From positions 1,148 through 65,147 of the forward strand of contig JBHPCZ010000004.1 in the NCBI GenBank assembly GCA_042573625.1: a DNA stretch of 64,000 bases, read 5' to 3'. Origin of the DNA: Thermodesulfobacteriota bacterium. Its GTDB lineage: Bacteria > Desulfobacterota > Desulfobacteria > Desulfobacterales > UBA11574. Below, one piece after another: positions 39,652-48,970 of this stretch (its first letter is position 1; the number at the start of each line of letters is the position of its first letter). The notes under the pieces were generated by a model. It ran no database searches. It was given only the letters and a program-made list of their open reading frames with translations, and was not told where the DNA came from. The position numbers were made by a program, and so were the translations under genes.

Positions 39652-40361
39652 AAGCATATTCGTCAATATTTATAATAACACTGGTATTTGCCATCATTCT
39701 ATCCCTGGCTGGGCCGGGTTTCGGCGCCCAGGTTGCCAGAGTGACGTATCTTAAAGCCGATGTTTTTATGGGCCACACGCAAAAAGGCCCTTGGCAGGCC
39801 TTGAAGAAAGGGTTGTCCGTCACCGAGGGCAAATTTATTAAAACAGGAAAAACGGGCGTTGTGGAACTGACATTGCCGGACAATTCTACAATACGCCTGT
39901 CAACCGGTACGATATTCAAGCTTAGCGATGTCCATTTCCCCGAAGGGGGGCCGCCGAAGTTTTCAGCAAAACTGTTTCTTGGGCGGATGTGGGCCAAAGT
40001 CAGCAGTGTTGTAAACGAAAAAAACGGTACCTTTGAGGCGCATCTCAACACAGCCGTGATCGGTGTGCGGGGCACTGTTTATAATCTGGATGTCGCTGCC
40101 GATACAAGCGCTGATGTTTCTGTGTTTGAAGGCATTGTCGGTGTCGGGCCGCCACTCTTTGTCAAGGGTGCCCCCAAAGAAGAAATTGCCTGGCCAATGG
40201 AAGTCACTGAGAAGAAGTGGGAGGAAATCATCCTAAAGCAGCTGCAGCGGTTGCATATTGGCGCTGACGGAAAACCGGGCAAGCCGGCATCTTTTGATCC
40301 TGTAAAGGAGAAAGACGAATGGATCCTGTGGAACCGGGAGCGGGATACCCACCCAACCTAA
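39648..40361 (+). CDS. FecR-domain protein
   Basis: IKTG..G.VEL...D.S.IRL, LFLGRMWA, TAVIGVRGT, VSVFEG.V. Confidence 0.88.
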   Translation: MKAYSSIFIITLVFAIILSLAGPGFGAQVARVTYLKADVFMGHTQKGPWQALKKGLSVTEGKFIKTGKTGVVELTLPDNSTIRLSTGTIFKLSDVHFPEGGPPKFSAKLFLGRMWAKVSSVVNEKNGTFEAHLNTAVIGVRGTVYNLDVAADTSADVSVFEGIVGVGPPLFVKGAPKEEIAWPMEVTEKKWEEIILKQLQRLHIGADGKPGKPASFDPVKEKDEWILWNRERDTHPT

Positions 40362-40426
40362 ATGCGTCTTTACATTTATGAATGGATATTTTTTTATGTA
40401 AGCCGATAACAGAAAGGAGTAAAGCC

Positions 40427-42082
40427 ATGTATAAGCGAAACATTTTACTTTTAGGCGTATTGTGCCTGTGTACTGTTCTTGCGGTGAACACGCCGGCATC
40501 GGCGTTTTTCGGACCGAGCAGCAAGGCCAAAAAAATGCTGAAACAGGAAAAATACGATGAGGCGATACCGCTTTATAAGGAGTATCTTTCTAAAAAACCC
40601 CATAAGTATAGGGCCAGAAATGAGTTGGGTTTTGCTTACCTAAAGACGGGTCGACTTGACGAGGCGATTAAAGAGTTTAATTCAGTGTTAAAGACCAAAC
40701 CCGGCAATCCTTACGCTGTTTTGTATATCGGGCTGGCACATGTCGCCAAAGGAGAGTTCGGCAAAGCTATCGATACCTGGCAGGGCTTTCGGGACAGGAA
40801 GAAGCCTTTGGTTGAAGAGGAAATCAGGGGCCAGCTGACGCTTTTGTTAATGCTTGAGAGTCAGAAGTCTGTTGAAAAAGCACTGGCGGAAGAAAAAAAG
40901 ATCAAAACAGTGAAATCTGATGCCAATACCGTCGCTGTCTGTTATTACCAGGATCTTTCTCCGGACAAGAGCCTGCGTGCGTTTCAAAAGGGCCTGGCGG
41001 CTATGGTGATTACTGATCTATCCAAAATCAAATCCCTCAAAGTCGTTGAAAGGTTGCGGCTTCAGGCGCTGTTGGCGGAGATGAAGCTTGGCCAGACAGG
41101 TATTGTGGACCCGCGTACCGCACCACGGGTGGGCAGGTTGCTGGGGGCTGAAAGTATTATTGTCGGCAATTTATCCAAGGGAACTGTTACGGCGACAACA
41201 ACAGGTGCCGGAAAGGCTAGCGGCACGAGCACTGTTTCGGTGGATGAAGAAAAGTTTTACGAATTGTCCAGAATTATAGTACGGGATATAGCAAAAATTT
41301 TAGGCATCGAATTGACGCCTGAGGAGGTAAAGGCTATCGGTATACCGCACACAAAGGTCTATAAGGCCTTTGTCCATTTCGGGAATGCTCTGGATGCCCT
41401 TGATGCCGGAAAGTGGAAAGAAGCCAAAAACTTTTTCAATAAGGCTTTGTTTGCTGACCCCAATTTTACGCTTGCCAGAGAGGGCGCTGGATCTTGTCCG
41501 GACTCGTCTTCACCGGGTATCAGCGCGTTGAGTAAACGGACCCCTGCTCAACTTGCGGCCCTATTTGAAAAGTTGATTGCCCTGAAGAAAGCCGCACAGG
41601 TCGAAGCCGATAAGGAAGCCCAGGAAGCAGCAGCAGCAAATGCATCAGGAGGAGGTTGTCTTGCTTATGACACTTTGGTTTATATGGCTGACAATTCCGT
41701 TAAACGCGTAATTGATGTGCGTGTTGGAGATATGGTCAAGGCCAGGGATTTGAAGAAGGGAAAAATGGTGTCCAGGAGGGTCAACTACAAGTATCGTGCA
41801 GACCAGGATCACTATTACATGATCAATGGAGAGCTCAAAGTCACGGGTACGCATCCGGTTTTAACGGACAATGGCAAATGGGTTCTGGTTTCAGACTTGC
41901 AGAAGGGTGACAGAATTGTAACTCTTGACGGTAAAACAGAAATCACCTCCTTTGAAAAAATGAAATATGACCATCGCGTTTACTACTTGAGCGTTGGGGA
42001 CAGCCATAACTATTTTGTTTCAGCCTATGGAAAGAATTTTTACCTGATTCATAATAGCGAAGGTGGCGGTGGCGGAAAATAG
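40427..42082 (+). CDS. secreted TPR + CsgG/TolB-N-like protein with C-terminal Hint domain
   Basis: AAGGAG RBS, signal peptide, TPRs, GLAAMVITDL..VVER, then CLAYDT...TGTHP...HNYFV...IHN-S. Confidence 0.88.
   Translation: MYKRNILLLGVLCLCTVLAVNTPASAFFGPSSKAKKMLKQEKYDEAIPLYKEYLSKKPHKYRARNELGFAYLKTGRLDEAIKEFNSVLKTKPGNPYAVLYIGLAHVAKGEFGKAIDTWQGFRDRKKPLVEEEIRGQLTLLLMLESQKSVEKALAEEKKIKTVKSDANTVAVCYYQDLSPDKSLRAFQKGLAAMVITDLSKIKSLKVVERLRLQALLAEMKLGQTGIVDPRTAPRVGRLLGAESIIVGNLSKGTVTATTTGAGKASGTSTVSVDEEKFYELSRIIVRDIAKILGIELTPEEVKAIGIPHTKVYKAFVHFGNALDALDAGKWKEAKNFFNKALFADPNFTLAREGAGSCPDSSSPGISALSKRTPAQLAALFEKLIALKKAAQVEADKEAQEAAAANASGGGCLAYDTLVYMADNSVKRVIDVRVGDMVKARDLKKGKMVSRRVNYKYRADQDHYYMINGELKVTGTHPVLTDNGKWVLVSDLQKGDRIVTLDGKTEITSFEKMKYDHRVYYLSVGDSHNYFVSAYGKNFYLIHNSEGGGGGK
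41657..42055 (+). other. Hint domain (mini-intein / bacterial intein-like), 133 aa
   Basis: Cys1 at 41657, block B TGTHP, block F VYYLSVGDSHNYFV, terminal His-Asn, Ser at +1; no endonuclease insert. Confidence 0.9.
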
Positions 42083-42239
42083 CTTTTCTCCGTGATGAAA
42101 ATTTGAGCAAGCTCTTTTTGTCTGGCACTATTCCCAGACGTTGACGTGCAGGTAAAAAGGATTCAGGCTATAGATATTATGTGATATCCGGGCATGTTAT
42201 GTCCGTTTGTAGGACTATTTGACGAAAACAATACATGGC

Positions 42240-42280
42240 AAAGAAGGCAGGTCCAGAAATGGCCCTGCCTTCTTTATTAT
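42240..42280 (+). terminator. probable intrinsic terminator after the Hint-protein cluster
   Basis: aaagaaggcagg...cctgccttcttt followed by T-rich sequence. Confidence 0.6.
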
Positions 42281-42288
42281 GATTTTTA

Positions 42289-42586
42289 ATACCCCGTCCG
42301 CTTGTGGCGGGGTAAAAGGCGTTCCGATTCGATCTGTCGGCAGTACCGATTTCAACATCCCGCGTTCGCTGGTTTGGCCATTTTGGAAAGTGCTAAGCTT
42401 GCTTCGCTAAAATTGGAAAACTCGTCCCGCTGTGCGGGACTCAGACAGTTCCAATTTTTGCGCTCCGCTTTACTAAGCACTTTAGTCAAAATGGCCAAAA
42501 GGCTTCCGGCGTGATGTCGAAATCTTACTTAAGAAAACAAAATGAGATCAATTTTGATACCCCGCCGCTCGCGAAGGGGAGCTTCA
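42289..42586 (+). mobile_element. non-autonomous IS200/IS605-like palindrome-ended element with internal nested hairpin
   Basis: ataccccgtccgcttgtggcggggt left end, gataccccgccgctcgcgaaggggagcttca right end, internal AAACTCG..CTCAGACAGT stem. Confidence 0.6.
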
Positions 42587-42611
42587 TTTAGATATCAGCC
42601 ATATATTTTGA

Positions 42612-43253
42612 TTAAGCACTGCCTGCGGTTCTTTTCAGGCGGTCGGTAAAAATTCCTCCCAGTATGGCCAGGGATTCCGCATCCAGATATTTTTCCGCAC
42701 GCCTTTCAAACAGTACCGAGCAATTGGACGGGAAATCATCATCTGCATCATTGAAAAGCATTAAAAGCGGCACCTTCGGCAGCGGATCGAATCGCATGAT
42801 TAAATCGTACGAAAGTTGGATGTCGGGACGAGTACCGCCGAGCGCTACACAGGCTTTTTCAAGATCACCGGCCAAGCCTGAAAAAGTCATGGCAATCGGG
42901 TTTTCTACGTTGCTTGCAAAAAAATGGGTCAAAGGACCTGAATCTTTAAAATCCCGGTAGGAGACCCAGTCGCTCTCTTGCGGATAACCGGCCGGGCATA
43001 ACAGGAGGTATTTACAAAGAACAACGCATGTCCCGAAGTCGGGTCGCTTGTCGGAAGGGTCTGCAATGCCGCTTGAGGAAAACCGATAGGATTTGCCGAA
43101 AAACGGAACGACAATCTCATGACCTTCTAATTTCACACCGATCCTGTCCTGCTTGGTACTGAAATCAATGTTCGAGATCTGAGCCAGATATTCGGTGTAT
43201 GTTTTTTTAAACACGGTAGATTTTTCAGATGGTCTATTTTTTTCTGTTTTCAT
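42612..43253 (-). CDS. DUF3786 family protein
   Basis: WVSYRDF, PLPKVP...DADDDFP..C.VLF, YLDAESL. Confidence 0.85.
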   Translation of the reverse strand: MKTEKNRPSEKSTVFKKTYTEYLAQISNIDFSTKQDRIGVKLEGHEIVVPFFGKSYRFSSSGIADPSDKRPDFGTCVVLCKYLLLCPAGYPQESDWVSYRDFKDSGPLTHFFASNVENPIAMTFSGLAGDLEKACVALGGTRPDIQLSYDLIMRFDPLPKVPLLMLFNDADDDFPSNCSVLFERRAEKYLDAESLAILGGIFTDRLKRTAGSA

Positions 43254-43350
43254 TTAAGTTGTCCTTTGATGGTTTCGTGAAAAATTTGATTTTTACGAGG
43301 TTGTCATCCTTTAGGTTAAGCTTTTCAAGAATAAATATCCATTTACCAGA

Positions 43351-44532
43351 TCAACCTGAACCCGCCTCTTTTTTATGGTAAGTGCAAACGAGGAAAGATC
43401 CAACGCAAAGCATCATGATCACTGCGCCTGAGGGGAAAGCGTGACGAAGAAGAGTGATATCCATGACCAGGCCGCCCAAGAGAGATCCTATAAGCATCCC
43501 GAAACTGTGCGCCATGGTCAACAGAGACATAACAGATCCCATGGCATCGGTTTGATTCCCTTTCAGTACCGCAAGGGCCATCAGGGCCGGCATCGATATA
43601 CCTCCGCCGAAGCCGAAAAATAGAGTGGCCAGAATCAGCCCATGAAAGCTGCTTGCCCATTCAAATGAACATATAGCAGTTCCAATGATTATCCCACCGG
43701 TTACAACCATTATTTTTTTGTTCATTCTGTCCGCAAGAATGCCCATCGGGACGTGAAGAATTCCACTGGTAAAAACCCCTAACATAACCAGAATTCCGAT
43801 GGATGAACTGGAAAGAGAAAACGCCGTATCTGCCAAAACCGGCAGAAACCCCCAGATGATGCCGATACATGCTGCATAGCCAAATCTGAAAAGAAAAAAC
43901 CCGATGATATCCCTGTCTTTGAGAAGCTGTTTCCATGCCGCAGGATCTCTTCCGCGAAGGACAACCTGTTCTGAACTCGTAGGCGGAAGCAATGAAAGAC
44001 TTAATAAAAAGCCGATCATTGCGAGGGAAGCCATGCACGCAAATGAGAGCTGGAGGCTGAAGCGGTCTTTTATTATTCCACCGATCAGGGGGCCTATGCT
44101 CAGGCCAAAGAACATCGACATATTGAACAGGCCCATGGTCAGGCCTTCTCGGCCGTCGGGGGTTATATCTCCGATATATGCCTGAATAACAGGCATAATC
44201 ATGGCTGATGCTATCCCCTGAATAAAGCGAATGACAATCAGCTGCTCAACAGTGTCGGACAGCATGAATCCGATTGAAATCAGCGTGTATGAAAAAAGAC
44301 CTATGACAATAAGCGGTTTACGCCCCTTCCTATCCGAAAGCCTGCCGAAATAGGGCAAAAAGATTGTTCTTGAAAGGGAAAACGAACCGAATATCAATCC
44401 AATATATAGACCGCTGGCGCCCAGATCATAGGCGTATATGGGCAGAAGCGGAACGACGATACCGACCCCGGTAACCACCGCAAAGATGGAAAAGAAAAGG
44501 GTGCTAAAAACTTTTTTATCCAGTTTTTTCAT
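43351..44532 (-). CDS. MFS transporter (DHA1/TetA-like)
   Basis: GRLSDRKGRK motif A, RFIQG, about 12 TM. Confidence 0.92.
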   Translation of the reverse strand: MKKLDKKVFSTLFFSIFAVVTGVGIVVPLLPIYAYDLGASGLYIGLIFGSFSLSRTIFLPYFGRLSDRKGRKPLIVIGLFSYTLISIGFMLSDTVEQLIVIRFIQGIASAMIMPVIQAYIGDITPDGREGLTMGLFNMSMFFGLSIGPLIGGIIKDRFSLQLSFACMASLAMIGFLLSLSLLPPTSSEQVVLRGRDPAAWKQLLKDRDIIGFFLFRFGYAACIGIIWGFLPVLADTAFSLSSSSIGILVMLGVFTSGILHVPMGILADRMNKKIMVVTGGIIIGTAICSFEWASSFHGLILATLFFGFGGGISMPALMALAVLKGNQTDAMGSVMSLLTMAHSFGMLIGSLLGGLVMDITLLRHAFPSGAVIMMLCVGSFLVCTYHKKEAGSG

Positions 44533-44616
44533 ATATCAGCACATTGAACAAATCGAAATTTATAGCGGTTTACATAAATATATTCCGATTGAATCGTTCC
44601 TGTGAAGAATTTTCCG

Positions 44617-44943
44617 AGTGAGTGCTCCTCCCGCATAGCGGGAGGCCTCCGGAAGCCCCCACGATGGGGCATCGCCACCGGCCTTGAAAAGAGTCGCTAT
44701 TTTACACGTTGCCGAATATCCAATATCCAACAAGGAATGTCGAATGATAAAGTCTATGACAGTACCCAATTTAACGGAAAATCTGATCCGAAGGTAAACA
44801 AGATGTTTTCCTTCGACATTCGACATTGGGTATTGGATATTCGATATTGAAGACACCGGTTGAATGGTGTCTCAGGTATCGGACCCCCCCGGGTCAGTTG
44901 AACCTCTCCGGGTCCTCCGCCAGAGGCGGAGGATTTAGGACGC
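44617..44943 (-). repeat. family C element copy 3 (inverted)
   Basis: Reverse complement aligns end to end with 13117-13454. Confidence 0.85.
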
Positions 44944-44947
44944 AATT

Positions 44948-44982
44948 AAAAAATGCCCTCCACCAAGATGGGGGAGGGCTTA
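44948..44982 (-). terminator. probable intrinsic terminator after PMM/PGM
   Basis: Minus strand gccctcc..ggagggc followed by attttt. Confidence 0.6.
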
Positions 44983-45030
44983 AAAGTGACAAAGACCGTG
45001 CGTCGGCACTTTGTGCTGTACAATTTCGGG

Positions 45031-46380
45031 TTAAGCCTTTTGAATGTCGTATAGGGTGGACTCCACAAGATTTCTGATCTCGCTTAGCCGTTGCTCTGAC
45101 AAGGCTTCAAAGCGGAGAACCAGGGCGGGCTGGGTGTTGGAAGCGCGCACAAGACCCCACCCGTCGTCAAACAGTATTCGAACCCCGTCGATATCGATAA
45201 TGTTGTATCGTTTGCGAAAATATTCGGTTGCTTTTTCAACCACGGCAAACTTTTTGTCGTCCGGAGATTCAACGCGTATTTCCGGAGTGGAATATGTTTT
45301 GGGGACATCAGCCAGAAGCTCGGATATTGTCTTTCCGGTTTGAGTTAATATTTCAAGGAGCCTGCAGGACGCATAGACGGCATCATCATATCCGAAGTAT
45401 CGGTCTGCGAAGAACATGTGGCCGCTCATCTCGCCGGCCAGGTCGGCCTTCTCCTCTTTCATTTTCTTTTTGATCAGCGAATGCCCGGTTTTCCACATAA
45501 TTGCCCGGCCCCCGTGATTTTCGATATCATCGTACATGGTCTTTGAGCATTTTACCTCTGATATAAACGTGGCCCCGGGCTTTCTCGAAAGTATCTCCCT
45601 GGAAAAGATGATCATCAGCTGGTCTCCGAAGATGAGATTTCCTTTTTCATCCACAACGCCGATACGATCGCCGTCACCATCATAACCGATGCCGATATCC
45701 AGCCCCTTTTCCTTTACCAGGGAAATGAGATCCTCCATATTTTTCGCCACCGTCGGATCCGCCTCATGATTCGGGAAAGTTCCGTCCATATCACAATAAA
45801 TATCGTGTACCCGGCAGTTGAGTCTCTTCAATATCGGTACGGCAACCACACCGGCGGTCCCATTGCCCGCGTCCACGCCTACTTTAATTGGGCTGGCAAT
45901 GGTAATATTGTTCACCACAAATTCCGTGTACGGCGTGACAACGTCGGCGGTTGAAAGAGAACCCTTTCCCCGGGCAAACGCTTTTTCATTGATGATGCCT
46001 AGAATTTTCTGAATATCTTTGCCGTGGATCGAATCAGTGCCCATGCACAGCTTGAACCCGTTGTATTCTCCCGGGTTGTGGCTGGCCGTTACCATGACAC
46101 CCCCTTCCTGGTCGAGGTGCTGAATGGAGAAGTACAGAACCGGTGTCGGACAAACGCCGATATCAATGACATGACAACCGGTCGAAATCAAACCGTCTAT
46201 CAGTTTCTCAGAGTACAAGTCGGAAGTTACCCTGCAATCCCGGCCAACGGTCAGTTTAAAGCAATTGTTTTGGACAAGAAATGTGCCGACGCCCTGTCCG
46301 ATCAGAACAACATCATTTTCAGTCATGTCCTTGCCTGCAATTCCTCTGATGTCGTATTCTCTGAACATTTCCGGGTTCAT
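45031..46380 (-). CDS. phosphomannomutase/phosphoglucomutase (AlgC-like)
   Basis: FREYDIRG, TASHNP, DGDGDR, GEMSGH, RASNT. Confidence 0.96.
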   Translation of the reverse strand: MNPEMFREYDIRGIAGKDMTENDVVLIGQGVGTFLVQNNCFKLTVGRDCRVTSDLYSEKLIDGLISTGCHVIDIGVCPTPVLYFSIQHLDQEGGVMVTASHNPGEYNGFKLCMGTDSIHGKDIQKILGIINEKAFARGKGSLSTADVVTPYTEFVVNNITIASPIKVGVDAGNGTAGVVAVPILKRLNCRVHDIYCDMDGTFPNHEADPTVAKNMEDLISLVKEKGLDIGIGYDGDGDRIGVVDEKGNLIFGDQLMIIFSREILSRKPGATFISEVKCSKTMYDDIENHGGRAIMWKTGHSLIKKKMKEEKADLAGEMSGHMFFADRYFGYDDAVYASCRLLEILTQTGKTISELLADVPKTYSTPEIRVESPDDKKFAVVEKATEYFRKRYNIIDIDGVRILFDDGWGLVRASNTQPALVLRFEALSEQRLSEIRNLVESTLYDIQKA

Positions 46381-46393
46381 GGAATCCTCCTTT

Positions 46394-47221
46394 TTATAAC
46401 CAGTTCCAAATCAGCGCCCCGACGCCCAGCAACCAGCAGTAGGGGGCAAACCAGTACAGCTGTCCCTGTTTGATGATGTGCAACAATATTTTTAGTGCAG
46501 CATAACCCACAATTCCGGCGAAGAAGGTTCCTAGAAGAATTATTCCGCCTGAAACAGAGTTATGGGTTATGGAAGAATCAAACCCGAGGAGCATCGCGCC
46601 AAGGATGGCAGGGATCGACAGAAGAAATGAGTATCGGCCGGACACTTCCCGGTCCACGCCCAGTAAAAGGGCGACGGAAATGGTCGATCCGGATCGGGAT
46701 ATCCCGGGAAGGACCGCCAGCCCCTGGATCACACCGACGATAAGGGCGTCTTTCATGGAAACCTGCAAAAGGGGACGGCCTTCCGAACGGAGTTGCCGGG
46801 TCAGCCATAAAAGGGTGCCGGTAACCATAAGCATGACCCCCACGATCCATACGGTTCCAAAAATTTGGTTCGAGATCTTATGGAACAGGAACCCCAGGAT
46901 GGCTGTGGGTATACTTCCCACTAGGATCAAGACGGCGATTCTGACGTCTTCATTGTCGTTAAAAACAGGTCTCAGACCGCCGGCGATCCGGATCAAACCG
47001 GGCAGGCGAACCAGTGCTCCAAGGATCGCACGGATCTCCTTGAAAAAAACGATGCAGACGGCGATCAACGTTCCGACATGAAGGCTGATGTCAAGCAGAA
47101 GTTCGGGCTCTTTGAACCCAAACAGATTCTGAAGCAGAACCAGATGCCCTGAACTGCTCACCGGAAGGAACTCGGTGAGTCCCTGAATGATGCCTAGTGT
47201 TATTGCCTGAATAGGTTCCAT
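46394..47221 (-). CDS. uppP: undecaprenyl-diphosphate phosphatase
   Basis: QGLTEFLPVSSSGHL, PGISRSG. Confidence 0.97.
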   Translation of the reverse strand: MEPIQAITLGIIQGLTEFLPVSSSGHLVLLQNLFGFKEPELLLDISLHVGTLIAVCIVFFKEIRAILGALVRLPGLIRIAGGLRPVFNDNEDVRIAVLILVGSIPTAILGFLFHKISNQIFGTVWIVGVMLMVTGTLLWLTRQLRSEGRPLLQVSMKDALIVGVIQGLAVLPGISRSGSTISVALLLGVDREVSGRYSFLLSIPAILGAMLLGFDSSITHNSVSGGIILLGTFFAGIVGYAALKILLHIIKQGQLYWFAPYCWLLGVGALIWNWL

Positions 47222-47230
47222 GTTAATTAG

Positions 47231-47471
47231 TGGTTCTTCGTCAATTTAGTTAGAGAAAAGGGTTCGAGGATTCAAGGGGTCAAGGGTTCAAGCGATTATT
47301 CTCCAACGATTTAGCGCTTTGAGCATTCTTCCAACTTCCCTCTGTATCATACTTGAAAGCCTTTCAGATCTTAGTAATTCTTAAGCATTTTTATCCGCCT
47401 GTTCTGTGGCGGATCACTCGAATCCTTGACTCCTTGACCCCTTGAATCCTTAGGATCACTCAAACTCTTTT
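47231..47471 (-). pseudogene. octamer-flanked four-helix-bundle cassette remnant (D2)
   Basis: Minus strand MLKNY*DLK joined to EVGRMLKAL..LENNRLNP; gggttcaa/ttgaatcc arrays. Confidence 0.8.
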
Positions 47472-47518
47472 TGCGGTTCCGTGTTGGATATTGGATATTC
47501 AGGTTTTCTCCAGCGTGG

Positions 47519-48952
47519 TCAGCCTTTGACGACCCCAATCGGTTTCAACTTCGCCACCTTTTTCGAGATTCCCGCACCATGGACCACTTCAACCACCTGG
47601 GATATATCCTTATACGCGTCCGGCATCTCTTCAGCCAGAGTGGCCCTGCCGGTCCATTTGACCAAAATGCCTTTATCTTCCAGCTCTCGCTGAATGGCTC
47701 TGCCCTTGCTTGCTTTTTTAGCGGCGGTTCTGCTCATAACGCGTCCCGCACCGTGGCATGTTGAGCCAAAGGTTTCTTCCATGGCCTTTTCCGTACCTAC
47801 AAGAACATATGATGCCGTGCCCATGTCGCCGGGAATGATGACCGGCTGGCCCGCATTTCGATATTCATCACTCAGCGCTTCGTGTCCCGGCGGAAACGAT
47901 CGCGTCGCCCCTTTTCTATGAACACAGACCGTTTGCTTTTTCCCCTCAACGACATGGGTTTCTTTTTTTGCGATGTTGTGGCACACGTCATACACCAGCT
48001 TCATGCCAAGGTCCCTTGGCCCCATACCGAGTACCTTCATGAGTATTTCCTTAGCGTTGTGCATCATAATCTGCCTGTTGGCCCAGGCGTAGTTTGCCGC
48101 ACAGGCCATCGCGTTGTAGTAACGCATTCCTTCTTTCGATTGAATTCGAGCACAGGCAAGCTGGCGGTCCGGCAGATCGAACCCGAGTGTTTTGACATGT
48201 TTTGCCATGAATGCCAGAGAATCATCACAAACCTGATACCCCAATCCCCGTGACCCTGAGTGAAGCATCAAAGTGACCTGACCTTCAAAAATGCCAAACG
48301 CCCGAGCCGCCTCGGGCTCATAGACGGTCTCAACCACGCCGATTTCAAGGAAGTGATTTCCGGAACCCAGGGTTCCGAGCTGATTGCGGCCCCTTTCCAG
48401 AGCCCTTTGGCTGATCACATCCGGATCCGCATTTTCCATACATCCGCCGTCTTCCGTATGTTCCAGATCAGCCTTTTCTCCGAACCCCTGGCGCACTGCC
48501 CATCCGCTGCCGGTGCGAAGAACCTTTTTGACTTCTTTTACGGAGAGCTTGATGGCGCCCTTGGAACCGACCCCGGCCGGGATGCCCTGGAAAATCGCGT
48601 TCACTAGATTTTCAAGTTTTGGGCGTATTTCCTTTTCGACAAGGGAGGTTGTTGCCAGGCGTACGCCGCAGTTAATATCATACCCTACACCGCCCGGAGA
48701 GATGATACCCGATTCCCAGTCAAAGGCCGCAACACCGCCAATGGGAAACCCATATCCCCAGTGCATATCCGGCATGGCCAGCGACGCCTTTACAATGCCC
48801 GGCAGGGTTGCCACATTGGCCACCTGCTTTAACGGTTCATTTTGTTGTGAACCTTTGAGCATCGATGCCGTTGCATAAACCATTCCCGGAACACGCATGG
48901 CACCGGTTTTGGGCACTTCCCAACGGTATTGGTCTATTTGTTTAATATCCAT
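47519..48952 (-). CDS. rtcB: RtcB RNA ligase
   Basis: MPDMHWGYG, GYDINCG, GSGNHF, HSGSRG, HRKGA, CHGAGR; ATG 48952. Confidence 0.97.
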   Translation of the reverse strand: MDIKQIDQYRWEVPKTGAMRVPGMVYATASMLKGSQQNEPLKQVANVATLPGIVKASLAMPDMHWGYGFPIGGVAAFDWESGIISPGGVGYDINCGVRLATTSLVEKEIRPKLENLVNAIFQGIPAGVGSKGAIKLSVKEVKKVLRTGSGWAVRQGFGEKADLEHTEDGGCMENADPDVISQRALERGRNQLGTLGSGNHFLEIGVVETVYEPEAARAFGIFEGQVTLMLHSGSRGLGYQVCDDSLAFMAKHVKTLGFDLPDRQLACARIQSKEGMRYYNAMACAANYAWANRQIMMHNAKEILMKVLGMGPRDLGMKLVYDVCHNIAKKETHVVEGKKQTVCVHRKGATRSFPPGHEALSDEYRNAGQPVIIPGDMGTASYVLVGTEKAMEETFGSTCHGAGRVMSRTAAKKASKGRAIQRELEDKGILVKWTGRATLAEEMPDAYKDISQVVEVVHGAGISKKVAKLKPIGVVKG

Positions 48953-48970
48953 AGTAACCCTATTTATTAT

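Noticed and set aside
41657-42082. Polymorphic toxin with pre-toxin Hint
   Set aside because: Only 8 residues follow His-Asn before the stop, and no toxin or immunity ORF is seen before the terminator.
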